A stretch of DNA of 64,000 nucleotides from contig JBBAAI010000001.1 of assembly GCA_041658325.1 (NCBI GenBank), positions 154,869 to 218,868 on the forward strand. The letters are read 5' to 3'. The stretch's first letter is position 1; each line of letters begins with the position of its first letter. The position numbers and the translations under genes were made by a program. Of the stretch, positions 9,566 to 19,481 are shown one piece after another. Source of the DNA: Minisyncoccota bacterium. Lineage in GTDB: Bacteria > Patescibacteriota > Minisyncoccia > Phycocordibacterales > UBA9973. Under the pieces are notes generated by a model that worked only from the letters and a program-made list of their open reading frames with translations, searched no databases and was not told the DNA's origin.

Positions 9566-11986
9566 ATGCCTGAAAATAATAAAAAATTAGTACTACTAGA
9601 TGCTCACGCTATAATACATCGCGCATATCATGCGTTGCCAGAATTTTTGTCCTCAAAAGGGGAGCCCACTGGAGCTCTTTACGGTCTTTCTAGTATGTTA
9701 ATGAAAATAATTACTGAATTAAAACCAGACTACATTGTTGCTTGTTATGATTTACCACAGAAAACTTTTAGGCACGAAGCTTACGATGGGTATAAGGCGG
9801 GTAGAGCAAAAACAGACGAAGCTCTCATCTCTCAACTAAAGAACTCGCGTCAAATTTTTGAGGGATTTAATATACCAATTTATGATGCTCCTGGATTTGA
9901 AGCCGATGATATTTTAGGAACAATAGTAGAAAAATATAAAAAAGATAAAAAACTAGAAATAATTATTGCCTCGGGAGACATGGATACTATGCAATTAGTG
10001 GAGGATAAAAAGGTACAAGTTTATACTCTAAAAAAGGGAATCAATGACACCATTTTATATGACGAAGACGCAGTAATAAAAAGATTTAACTTTAAGCCGA
10101 AATTTTTACCAGACTATAAAGGTCTACGAGGTGACCCTTCAGATAATATTATTGGCATTAAAGGGATAGGTGAAAAAACTGCTGAAATTTTGATTACAAA
10201 TTTTGGAACGATAGAAGAAATATATAAGAAAATTAAAAAAGACGACGAAGTCTTCAAAAAAGCAGGGATTTCTCCGAGAATAATTGAATTACTAAAAAAC
10301 AATGAGGAGGAAGCTTTCTTTTCAAAAACATTAGCAACAATACGCACAGATGCACCAATAGATTTTGTTTTACCTACAAAAACTTTTTGGAAAAATGTGG
10401 ACCCTAAAAAAATAGAAGAAGTTTTTATTATTTTTGAATTTAGAAGTTTATTTGCACGATTAAAAAATTTTTTAAATTCTTCGGTAAATCCAGCAGAATT
10501 TTCTCAGGTCCTCGGTTCTCCGGGGCCCCGCACCCCGGCCAGACCGTTCGAAAATTCTCTGGATTCACCAATCAACATTAATACTCAAAAATTACAAGAA
10601 GCTAGTATCGCGCTCTGGCTTATTAATTCTGATATTTCAAACCCAGGATTGGAAGATATTTTGCTTTTTGCTAAGACAAAATCTTTTGAGGAGGCATATG
10701 AATTTATTTTTGATAAATTAAAAGAACAAAAATTAGATAAAGTATATGAAGAAATAGAAAAACCGATTATTCCCATAGTGAAAGAAATGGAAGATTTTGG
10801 AATTTTAATAGATAAAAAATATTTTGAAAAATTATCTAATGAATACCATAAAGAATTAGATATTCTAACTAAAAAAATATATAAAGAAGCTGGCGCAGAG
10901 TTTAATATTAATTCTCCAAAGCAAATGGGTGAAGTGCTTTTTGGAAAAATGGGGATGAAGTCTAGTAAAAAGAAAAATGCCAGCGGATCGTTTTCCACGA
11001 AGGTTTCAGTCTTAGAGGAGTTGGAAGAAAACAACCCTATCATAAAAGAAATTTTGGCTTATAGAGAGTTACAAAAATTACTTTCTACTTATATTGATGT
11101 AATTCCAAAAATGGTTTCTGAAGATGGTCGATTACACGCTAAGTTCTTGCAAAATGGAACTACAACTGGTCGATTTTCTTCTCAAGATCCAAATTTACAA
11201 AACTTACCAATAAAAACAGAACTGGGCAGAAAAATTAGAGGTGGTTTTATTGCTGAAAAAGGATGTAAACTCGCGGCCTTTGATTATAGCCAGATTGAAT
11301 TACGTGTAATAGCGATGCTCTCAGGGGATAAAAAGATGATCCAAATTTTTAAGGACAAAAAAGATATTCATGCTGGAGTGGCTTCTTTTGTTTTTGGGGT
11401 GCCTATTGAAAAAGTAGATGGAGAAATGCGTCGCAAGGCAAAGGTAATAAATTTTGGTATTATTTACGGAATGGGGGTTTCCGCCTTAAGAAAAAATCTT
11501 GGAGGTACCCGGGAAGAAGCTCAAAAATTTTATGATAATTATTTTAATCAATTTTCTGGTGTGCGAGATTATTTAGAAAAAGTAAAAATAGATGCTCTTA
11601 AAAAATTTTATACAGAAACTTTATTTGGTCGACGTAGATATTTTCCAAACATAAATTCTAGAATTCCATTTTTAAAAAATATGGCTGAGAGAACAGCAAT
11701 GAATGCTCCTGTTCAGGGCACGGCAACAGCAGACATTATTAAGCTTGCCATAAGATACGCAGAAGAAGATCTGGAAAAAGAGGGTTTATTAAAAAAGACT
11801 CATCTTGTGCTTCAAATACATGATGAATTAGTCTATGAAATAGACGAAAAAGCACTACCACAAGCCTTAAAAATAATAGAAAGTGCAATGAAGGATGTGC
11901 TCAACAGGTCATATTTACACTATAAAACTGATATTCCACTTGAAGTACATTCTGGTTCGGGAAATAATTTTATGGAAGTTAAATAA
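9566..11986 (+). CDS. polA: DNA polymerase I (5'-3' exonuclease + polymerase domains)
   Basis: 5'-3' exo N-terminus LVLLDAHAIIHRAYHA; polymerase motifs DYSQIELR, KVINFGIIYGM, QIHDELVYE. Start taken at MPENNKK (9566). Contains an in-frame GC-rich insert at 10510-10545. Confidence 0.85.
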   Translation: MPENNKKLVLLDAHAIIHRAYHALPEFLSSKGEPTGALYGLSSMLMKIITELKPDYIVACYDLPQKTFRHEAYDGYKAGRAKTDEALISQLKNSRQIFEGFNIPIYDAPGFEADDILGTIVEKYKKDKKLEIIIASGDMDTMQLVEDKKVQVYTLKKGINDTILYDEDAVIKRFNFKPKFLPDYKGLRGDPSDNIIGIKGIGEKTAEILITNFGTIEEIYKKIKKDDEVFKKAGISPRIIELLKNNEEEAFFSKTLATIRTDAPIDFVLPTKTFWKNVDPKKIEEVFIIFEFRSLFARLKNFLNSSVNPAEFSQVLGSPGPRTPARPFENSLDSPININTQKLQEASIALWLINSDISNPGLEDILLFAKTKSFEEAYEFIFDKLKEQKLDKVYEEIEKPIIPIVKEMEDFGILIDKKYFEKLSNEYHKELDILTKKIYKEAGAEFNINSPKQMGEVLFGKMGMKSSKKKNASGSFSTKVSVLEELEENNPIIKEILAYRELQKLLSTYIDVIPKMVSEDGRLHAKFLQNGTTTGRFSSQDPNLQNLPIKTELGRKIRGGFIAEKGCKLAAFDYSQIELRVIAMLSGDKKMIQIFKDKKDIHAGVASFVFGVPIEKVDGEMRRKAKVINFGIIYGMGVSALRKNLGGTREEAQKFYDNYFNQFSGVRDYLEKVKIDALKKFYTETLFGRRRYFPNINSRIPFLKNMAERTAMNAPVQGTATADIIKLAIRYAEEDLEKEGLLKKTHLVLQIHDELVYEIDEKALPQALKIIESAMKDVLNRSYLHYKTDIPLEVHSGSGNNFMEVK

Positions 11987-12010
11987 TATATTGTGTGATA
12001 CAATAAATAA

Positions 12011-12481
12011 ATGGAAAATCACAGCAAAACGGATATTCAAAAACAAAGTGTGCACAAGGTTTTAGCGCACTCATATTCCGTTTATTTAATTTTATTTTTA
12101 ACTGGCGTTTTTCTTGATTTAATTTTTAATTTTAAAATTTTTAATATTTTTTTTATTGTTCCCATGGGTATTTTTTTCTTAGCGTTTGGTACAGGTTTGA
12201 TTATTTGGGCACAGTATACCTCTCTTAATTTAAAAGTAGAAAGTGTGACCAAAGAAACTTTTTGCAAAGGGCCATATTGTTATACTAGAACTCCTACTAA
12301 TTTTGGACTGTTTTTTTTAATGTTGGGATTTGGAATGATAATAAATGCTTTTTTTATAATTTTATTTGCCTTTATTTCTCTTGTTATTACAAAATTCATT
12401 TTTTTAAATAAACAGGAAAAAATTCTTGAAGAAAAATACGGAACTCCCTATCAGGAATATAAAAAATCAGTTAAATTCTAA
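12011..12481 (+). CDS. membrane methyltransferase-like protein (ICMT/PEMT family)
   Basis: 4 predicted TM helices; KGPYCYTRTPTNFG resembles the GPYxxxRHPxYxG motif of the isoprenylcysteine carboxyl methyltransferase family. Confidence 0.45.
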   Translation: MENHSKTDIQKQSVHKVLAHSYSVYLILFLTGVFLDLIFNFKIFNIFFIVPMGIFFLAFGTGLIIWAQYTSLNLKVESVTKETFCKGPYCYTRTPTNFGLFFLMLGFGMIINAFFIILFAFISLVITKFIFLNKQEKILEEKYGTPYQEYKKSVKF

Positions 12482-12496
12482 TTTTCTTAAAATTTT

Positions 12497-13144
12497 ATGT
12501 TGTATCTTTTTTCTGGAGATGACGCTAAAAGTAAAATTTTAAATCATGAAAAATTTATAAAATCTATACCAAAGAGTACGGAAATTTTTTCTGTGAGCCG
12601 AAACAGTTTTGATCCAATTCAAATTGAAAGTTTTTATTCTGGGGCGAGCCTTTTTTCTCCTAAGTCTGCAGTAATTTTTCAAGGGATTTTAGAACACGAA
12701 GAGACCCGTGATTTTGTTTTAGAAAAATTAAATTTAATGGGAGAGTCAGTCAATTCCTTCGTTTTTTTAGAAGGTAAATTAAATAAACCAATATTGGATG
12801 CTTTTAAAAAAGCCCGAGCTGAATTAAATGTTTTTGAATTACCGAAAGAAAAAAAGGAAAAATATGATAATTTTTTAGTAGCAAACGCTTTTGCGAACAA
12901 GGATAAACTTAATACTTGGATTTATTTTAGACAAGCGGTGGATGTCGGGGTCTCCTTAGAGGAAATCGTCGGTGTCCTTTTTTGGAAAATTAAAGATATG
13001 ATTTCGAAAAGGAATTTTAGTAAATTTAAAGAAGAACAACTCAAAGATTTTGCTGTTCGTCTTTCTTATCTTTTACCCGAAGCACGCAAAGAAGGTAAGG
13101 ATGCCGAAGTGGTCCTTGAACAATTTTTACTTGAAGCGTTTTAA
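12497..13144 (+). CDS. holA: DNA polymerase III delta subunit-like
   Basis: N-terminal LYLFSGDD...SLFSPKSAVIF pattern typical of short HolA; position after polA. Weak. Confidence 0.4.
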   Translation: MLYLFSGDDAKSKILNHEKFIKSIPKSTEIFSVSRNSFDPIQIESFYSGASLFSPKSAVIFQGILEHEETRDFVLEKLNLMGESVNSFVFLEGKLNKPILDAFKKARAELNVFELPKEKKEKYDNFLVANAFANKDKLNTWIYFRQAVDVGVSLEEIVGVLFWKIKDMISKRNFSKFKEEQLKDFAVRLSYLLPEARKEGKDAEVVLEQFLLEAF

Positions 13145-13167
13145 AAGTGTGGTATTATCAAAACTAC

Positions 13168-13240
13168 GCGCCCGTAGCTCAGCTGGTAGAGCAGATCCCT
13201 TTTAAGGATAAGGTCCTCGGTTCGATCCCGAGCGGGCGCA
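13168..13240 (+). tRNA. tRNA-Lys (anticodon TTT)
   Basis: gcgcccg/cgggcgc acceptor; D-arm gctcagctggtagagc; anticodon loop cTTTTaa; T-arm ggttcgatcc; CCA not encoded. Confidence 0.8.
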
Positions 13241-13261
13241 CAAAAGGAATTTTAACTACTC

Positions 13262-15457
13262 ATGTCAAAAAGTATTTTTAAACTACATAGTCCTTTTAAT
13301 CCCGCGGGAGATCAGCCGGAGGCCATTTTGAAGCTTCTAGGGGGTCTTGAAAAGGGCATGAAAAAACAAACCTTGCTCGGTGCTACTGGCACAGGCAAGA
13401 CTTTTACGATGGCCAATGTGATAGCCAAGTATAATAAACCGACTCTTGTAATCGCGCATAACAAAACACTTGCAGCCCAACTCGCGCAAGAGTTTCGTGA
13501 ATTTTTCCCCGATGCCGCTGTTCATTATTTTGTTTCCTATTACGACTATTATCAGCCGGAAGCATATATGCCTGTTTCTGATACTTATATTGAAAAGGAT
13601 GCGCAAATAAATAAGGAGATTGATCGCTTGCGTCATGCGACGACTCAAGCATTGCTTACGAGGCGTGATGTGATAATCGTCGCTTCTGTTTCTTGTATTT
13701 ACGGACTCGGTTCTCCTGAAGAATATGAGAAAGTAAATTTAAAACTTGAGGTTGGGATGAAGATGGACAGAATGATTTTAATGAAGAAGTTGATTGAAAT
13801 TCATTTTGAGCGGACTAATGCAGACTTAAATCCCGGAACTTTCCGTTCTGTCAGCGCACGAATAGAATTTATGCCAGTTTCAGAAACTTTTATGTATCAA
13901 ATGGAATTTCAAGATGGAAAAATTTTAAAAATAACAAAAATTGATCCAGTTTCTTCCAGTATTTTAGCAGAAGAAAAAAATGTTTTTATTTTTCCAGCGA
14001 AACATTTCATTACCGAGGAAGGCAAATTAAAAAAAGCGCTAGCTAATATTAAAAAAGAGTTGACCGAACAGTTAAAGAAATTTGGAAAAGGAGGAAAGTT
14101 ACTAGAAGCTGAACGGATAAAAAGAAGAACGAATTATGACCTCGCGATGATAAAAGAAGTCGGTTACTGTAGCGGTATAGAAAATTATTCTAGACATTTG
14201 TCTGGGAAAAAAGAAGGTGAACCGCCGGAAACTCTGCTTTCGTACTTTCCGAAAGAAGGTTTTTTAACTATTATTGATGAATCGCATGTTACCTTGCCGC
14301 AACTGCAGGGTATGTATGCCGGAGATGCTTCTCGCAAGAATACATTGGTGGAATATGGTTTTCGCTTGCCTTCAGCGAAGGATAATCGACCGCTTAAGTA
14401 TGAAGAATTCCAAAAACGGATTGGTCCGGTAATTTATACTAGCGCGACACCCTCCGAACAAGAACGCAGTCAAAGCGAACAAATCGTGGAACAAATCATT
14501 CGCCCGACAGGGCTTGTAGATCCAGAGACAATTGTTAAACCAGTCTCAGCGAGGAGGAGTGCTCTCCAGAATTCGCGCTCTATCTTGGAAGGGCAAGTTC
14601 TTTCTGATAGTAGCGAAGATTCCTTCGAGCACAACTCCTCGCCTTACCCCGGCCAAATTCAAGATTTCATTATTGAAACAGAAAAGACAATTAAAAAAGG
14701 TTTCAGGGTTTTAGCTACCACGTTGACAAAAAAAATGGCAGAAGACCTTTCTGTTTATTTAAAAGATAAAAAAATCAAAGCAGACTATTTGCATAGCGAC
14801 ATAAAAACGATGGACAGAATAAAAATCCTCACCCAATTTAGAAAAGGAGTATTTGATGTTTTAGTGGGCGTGAATCTTTTGCGCGAAGGGCTTGATTTGC
14901 CGGAAGTGGCGCTGATCGGGATTTTAGATGCGGATAAAGAAGGGTTTTTGCGCTCAGAAACATCTTTAATTCAAACAATTGGCCGTGCTGCGCGCAATAG
15001 CGAAGGAAGAGTGATTCTTTATGCTGACTCAGTAACCGGCTCGATGGAATATGCCCTTAAAGAAACTGCTCGCCGTCGAAACATCCAGCTTGCTTATAAT
15101 AAAAAACATGGCATCACCCCGAAAACGATTTCTAAAAAAATAAAAGATATTACCGAAGAACTGGAAAGCGAGCACGGCAAAGCGGTGAATGCTGAACTTA
15201 ATCTTGATTTAGAAGTATTCAAAAAAGCGTATTCAAGAGAACTGAGCAAAGAAGAAAAAGCAGGAAGACAAAAAGTTAATTCAGAATTTTGGAATAAAAT
15301 TTTATCCAACGAAGAACGTGGTAATCTTATTTACGAGAAAATAATCAAAATAAAAGAGAAGGAAATGAATAAAGCAGTCAAAGAACTCGACTTCGAGTCC
15401 GCCGCAATTTTAAGAGATGAAATTATTGTACTTAAAGAAAAATTAACAAAAAGTTAA
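13262..15457 (+). CDS. uvrB: excinuclease ABC subunit B
   Basis: Walker A GATGTGKTF; helicase motifs; C-terminal UvrB/UvrC interaction helix. Carries a ~94-bp GC-rich in-frame insert at about 14549-14642. Confidence 0.9.
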   Translation: MSKSIFKLHSPFNPAGDQPEAILKLLGGLEKGMKKQTLLGATGTGKTFTMANVIAKYNKPTLVIAHNKTLAAQLAQEFREFFPDAAVHYFVSYYDYYQPEAYMPVSDTYIEKDAQINKEIDRLRHATTQALLTRRDVIIVASVSCIYGLGSPEEYEKVNLKLEVGMKMDRMILMKKLIEIHFERTNADLNPGTFRSVSARIEFMPVSETFMYQMEFQDGKILKITKIDPVSSSILAEEKNVFIFPAKHFITEEGKLKKALANIKKELTEQLKKFGKGGKLLEAERIKRRTNYDLAMIKEVGYCSGIENYSRHLSGKKEGEPPETLLSYFPKEGFLTIIDESHVTLPQLQGMYAGDASRKNTLVEYGFRLPSAKDNRPLKYEEFQKRIGPVIYTSATPSEQERSQSEQIVEQIIRPTGLVDPETIVKPVSARRSALQNSRSILEGQVLSDSSEDSFEHNSSPYPGQIQDFIIETEKTIKKGFRVLATTLTKKMAEDLSVYLKDKKIKADYLHSDIKTMDRIKILTQFRKGVFDVLVGVNLLREGLDLPEVALIGILDADKEGFLRSETSLIQTIGRAARNSEGRVILYADSVTGSMEYALKETARRRNIQLAYNKKHGITPKTISKKIKDITEELESEHGKAVNAELNLDLEVFKKAYSRELSKEEKAGRQKVNSEFWNKILSNEERGNLIYEKIIKIKEKEMNKAVKELDFESAAILRDEIIVLKEKLTKS

Positions 15458-15538
15458 TTCTGTGATATAAATTATTTAGTTTAATATTGCAAGAAAAATT
15501 GCTGTCACCCCCTAAGAACAAGGTCGGGTGTCATTGCG

Positions 15539-18139
15539 TTGTATATGAACAAATTAGATAAGAACATAGATAAAATAACAATAAAGGGGGCGAGGACTCA
15601 CAATTTGAAGAATATAAATGTGGAAATGCCTCGCAATAAAATGATAGCCATTACTGGTGTTTCTGGTAGTGGTAAATCATCCTTGGCTTTTGATACCATT
15701 TTTGCCGAAGGGCAGAGGAGATATGTGGAATCTCTCTCTTCTTATGCGCGTCAATTTTTGAATCAAATGCCGAAGCCAGATGTAGACGAGATCACGGGAC
15801 TTTCCCCGGCGATTTCTATTGACCAAAAGTCCCGTTCCAACAATCCACGTTCTACTGTAGCGACGATTACAGAAATTTATGATTACCTGCGCGTGATGTA
15901 TGCGCGTATCGGGCATCCGCATTGTCCGGTATGTGGGGAAGAAATAAAAAAACTTTCCAACGAAGAAATATTAAATTTTGTTTTGGAAAAAATAAATACT
16001 TTAAGCAAAGAAAAAAAGAACAGCAAAAAAGTAATGGGGGTTGAATGGGACGAAACAGAAATCAATATTTTTTCTCCAGTCGTTCGCGGACGTAAAGGGG
16101 AATATTATCAATTGCTTTACGATTTACTCGGAAAAGGTTTTGCTGAGATTCGCCTAGACGGCAAAATGAAAAAGCTTCGCGAGCAAATAGTTCTTTCTAA
16201 AAACAAAGCGCACAACATTGATATTTTAGTTGATCATTTTGCGGTACATGAATTTTCCGACAATAAAGACGCGAGTAGAATGCGTCTCGCGGAGGCGATA
16301 GAACGGGCGCTCATTGAATCCGATAGTTTAGTGACAATAAAAATAGGCGATGAAGAATTTATCATGTCCTCAAAGTTTGCTTGTAAAAATGATGGTTTTT
16401 CTTTTCCAGAAGTTGAGCCGAGATTATTTTCCTTTAATTCCCCGCACGGCGCTTGCTCAGAATGTCATGGTCTTGGCTCAAAATATTTTATGGGAGACGA
16501 ACCCTGTGATGTCTGTCATGGAGCACGCTTACGTCCGGAAGCGTTGAATGTGTTTTTAACTGCAGGGCATAAGAAAATAAATATTTTAGAATTGTCTTCT
16601 CTTCCTATAAAAGACGCGCATGATTTTTTCAAAAATCTAAAATTGTCGGAACAAGAAAAAGAAATTTCTGTTCCAGTGACGAAAGAAATAGAGGCACGAT
16701 TGCAGTTTATGCTCGATGTGGGTTTAGATTATTTGCAACTCTCCCGCAAAGCGAACACTCTCTCTGGCGGGGAAGCGCAACGTATTCGTCTGGCTTCACA
16801 ACTTGGCTCTAGACTCGTCGGAGCGCTTTATGTGCTTGATGAACCAACCATTGGACTACACCAAAGAGACAACGACAGATTGATAAAAACCTTGCAAAAT
16901 CTTCGCGATTTGGGAAATACGATTTTAATTGTTGAGCACGACGAAGATACTATTTATGCCTCAGATTATATTGTTGATATTGGACCAAAGGCAGGGATAC
17001 ATGGTGGAGAAGTGATCGTTTCTGATTATTTAGAAGATTTATTAACTGCTAAAAAAAATACAAATAATTCTAGAACCCTTGCCTATTTGCGAGAAGAAAT
17101 AAAAATAGAAATTCCTAAAAAACGTCGCCAGGCGAAAGGGATGCTACGGGTTGCCGGTGGAAAGATTTTTAATATTAACAATATGAATGTGGAAGTGCCT
17201 TTGGGAGTGATGACTTCTATTACCGGAGTGTCTGGTTCCGGTAAAAGTTCTTTTATGTATGAAATTCTTTATAAAAATCTGCAAGCTCGTTATGAGCGTA
17301 AATATCGCACAGCTAAAATTTTTAACTGTTCTTCTTTTTCCGGCACAGAGTATCTTTCCCGCGCTATTTTGATTGATCAGTCGCCGATTGGTCGCACTCC
17401 ACGTTCAAATATTGCGACATATACAGGCACCTTCACTCATGTTCGTGATCTTTTCGCCTTGACGGAGGATGCTCGACTTCGTGGATGGAAAGCGAACCGT
17501 TTTTCTTTCAATGTGAAAGGTGGACGCTGTGAGGCCTGCGAGGGGAATGGAGAAATTGCGGTAGAAATGCATTTCTTGCCGACCGTTTATGTGACGTGCG
17601 ATGTTTGTAATGGCAAACGTTTTGACAAAGAAACACTCACAGTGAAATACAAGAAAAAAAATATTTATGAGGTACTTAAAATGACCGTGGAAGAAGGACT
17701 AAAATTTTTTAAAGATATTCCGGCTGTTTCGGATAGATTGCAAACCCTTATGGATGTGGGCCTGGGTTATGTTGAACTCGGCCAATCCGCCACGACACTC
17801 TCTGGTGGGGAGGCACAACGTGTAAAAATATCTAGCGAGTTATATCGTCCGCATTTAGAAAAGACGATTTATCTTTTAGATGAGCCGACGGTGGGGCTAC
17901 ATTATGATGATGTGCAGAAGCTTCTAGAAGTGCTTAATAAATTAGTTTCAAAAGGGAATACCGTTGTACTTATCGAACACAATTTAGATATTATCAAAAG
18001 CTCTGATTATATTATTGATATCGGCCCGGAAGGGGGAATAAATGGTGGTAATATTGTGGCTAAGGGCACCCCCGAAGAAGTGGCAGGTAATAGCAAATCA
18101 TATACTGGTAAATATTTAAGGAAAGTATTGCGTAAATAA
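15539..18139 (+). CDS. uvrA: excinuclease ABC subunit A
   Basis: Two ABC ATPase modules (GVSGSGKSS twice, LSGGEAQR twice) with zinc-finger CxxC pairs. Confidence 0.9.
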   Translation: MYMNKLDKNIDKITIKGARTHNLKNINVEMPRNKMIAITGVSGSGKSSLAFDTIFAEGQRRYVESLSSYARQFLNQMPKPDVDEITGLSPAISIDQKSRSNNPRSTVATITEIYDYLRVMYARIGHPHCPVCGEEIKKLSNEEILNFVLEKINTLSKEKKNSKKVMGVEWDETEINIFSPVVRGRKGEYYQLLYDLLGKGFAEIRLDGKMKKLREQIVLSKNKAHNIDILVDHFAVHEFSDNKDASRMRLAEAIERALIESDSLVTIKIGDEEFIMSSKFACKNDGFSFPEVEPRLFSFNSPHGACSECHGLGSKYFMGDEPCDVCHGARLRPEALNVFLTAGHKKINILELSSLPIKDAHDFFKNLKLSEQEKEISVPVTKEIEARLQFMLDVGLDYLQLSRKANTLSGGEAQRIRLASQLGSRLVGALYVLDEPTIGLHQRDNDRLIKTLQNLRDLGNTILIVEHDEDTIYASDYIVDIGPKAGIHGGEVIVSDYLEDLLTAKKNTNNSRTLAYLREEIKIEIPKKRRQAKGMLRVAGGKIFNINNMNVEVPLGVMTSITGVSGSGKSSFMYEILYKNLQARYERKYRTAKIFNCSSFSGTEYLSRAILIDQSPIGRTPRSNIATYTGTFTHVRDLFALTEDARLRGWKANRFSFNVKGGRCEACEGNGEIAVEMHFLPTVYVTCDVCNGKRFDKETLTVKYKKKNIYEVLKMTVEEGLKFFKDIPAVSDRLQTLMDVGLGYVELGQSATTLSGGEAQRVKISSELYRPHLEKTIYLLDEPTVGLHYDDVQKLLEVLNKLVSKGNTVVLIEHNLDIIKSSDYIIDIGPEGGINGGNIVAKGTPEEVAGNSKSYTGKYLRKVLRK

Positions 18140-18143
18140 AACC

Positions 18144-19481
18144 ATGCAAAAAGAGTATCTAAAAAAAGTAAAATTGCCTGATAGGACCGGAGTTTATTTT
18201 TTTCGAAAAGGAAAGGAAATAATTTATATCGGCAAAGCAACTTCTCTTCGAGATAGGGTAAAAAGTTATTTCAGCAAAGATCTCATAGAAACACGCGGGC
18301 AATTCCTTGTGGATATGGTTTTCAAGGCAGATAAAATTGATTGGCAAACTACTGATAGTGTGCTCGAAGCACTAATCCTCGAAGCAAATTTAATTAAAAA
18401 ATATCAGCCGAAATATAATTCCAGAGAAAAAGATGATAAAAGTTTCAATTATGTTTGCATCACGCGTGAAGAAATTCCGAAAGTTGTGCTCGTGAGGGGA
18501 AAAGAATTGGAGGGCTCTGTCGAGCAAAGCTTTTCTCGGGCCCTCGGTTCTCCGGGGCCCCGTGCCCCGGCCAGACCAGCTCGAAAAGCCCCGCTCGGCT
18601 TCGCGAAGGTTTTTGGACCCTATCCGAATGGCGGGCAATTGAAAGAAGCTATAAAAATAATTCGCCGGATATTCCCATTTCTAGACGAGAAGAGTAAAAA
18701 TTATCTTGAATTTTATAAGCAAATAAATTTAGTGCCGGATTTGAAAGACAGGAAACTATATTTGCAGAATATTAGAAATATTATTTTATTTTTTGAAGGG
18801 AAAAAGAAAAAGATTTTGAAAAATTTGGAGAAGGAAATGAAAGAATATGCAAAAAGGAGAGAGTTTGAAAAAGCGGGAGAAATAAAAAGACAAATTTTTG
18901 CGTTGAAACATATAAATGACGTAGCCCTAATCAAAAATGGTAGCTCTGCTTCTTCCAATTTTCTGCCCCTGCGCCCTTCTTCGGGCGCTACGGACTCAAA
19001 GCGGGACCCTCGGGGACAGAAAACTGAAAGAAGCTACGCTAGAATAGAGGCGTATGATATTGCGCATATGGGAGGCAAAAATATGGTTGGGGTTATGGTC
19101 GTTGTAGAGAATGGTGAAGTAAACAAAAACGAATACAGAAAATTCAAAATTAAAACTCAAAAAAATACAAACGACACAGGAGCGTTAAAAGAAGTCATAG
19201 AGAGGCGTTTAGCGCACGCAGAATGGACATTTCCTTCGTTGGTAGTTGTGGATGGAGGAAAAGCGCAAATTAATACAGCAAAAAAAGTTATACTTAAGGC
19301 GGGGTTAAATATTCCGGTGGTCTCAGTTTTAAAAGACGAAAAACATAAACCGAAAGATATTTTAGGCGACAAAATTTTCGCTCGGAAATACGAAAGGGAA
19401 ATTTTGCTTGCCAACAGTGAAGCGCACAGATTTGCGATTAATTATCATAAAAAAATGCGCAATAAGAACTTTTTAAAATAA
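18144..19481 (+). CDS. uvrC: excinuclease ABC subunit C (short form lacking a C-terminal HhH region)
   Basis: GIY-YIG N-terminus GVYFFRKGKEIIYIGKA; UvrC RNase H-like endonuclease region EAYDIAHMGGKNMVG. Two GC-rich in-frame inserts (18542-18577 and about 18955-19025). Confidence 0.8.
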   Translation: MQKEYLKKVKLPDRTGVYFFRKGKEIIYIGKATSLRDRVKSYFSKDLIETRGQFLVDMVFKADKIDWQTTDSVLEALILEANLIKKYQPKYNSREKDDKSFNYVCITREEIPKVVLVRGKELEGSVEQSFSRALGSPGPRAPARPARKAPLGFAKVFGPYPNGGQLKEAIKIIRRIFPFLDEKSKNYLEFYKQINLVPDLKDRKLYLQNIRNIILFFEGKKKKILKNLEKEMKEYAKRREFEKAGEIKRQIFALKHINDVALIKNGSSASSNFLPLRPSSGATDSKRDPRGQKTERSYARIEAYDIAHMGGKNMVGVMVVVENGEVNKNEYRKFKIKTQKNTNDTGALKEVIERRLAHAEWTFPSLVVVDGGKAQINTAKKVILKAGLNIPVVSVLKDEKHKPKDILGDKIFARKYEREILLANSEAHRFAINYHKKMRNKNFLK

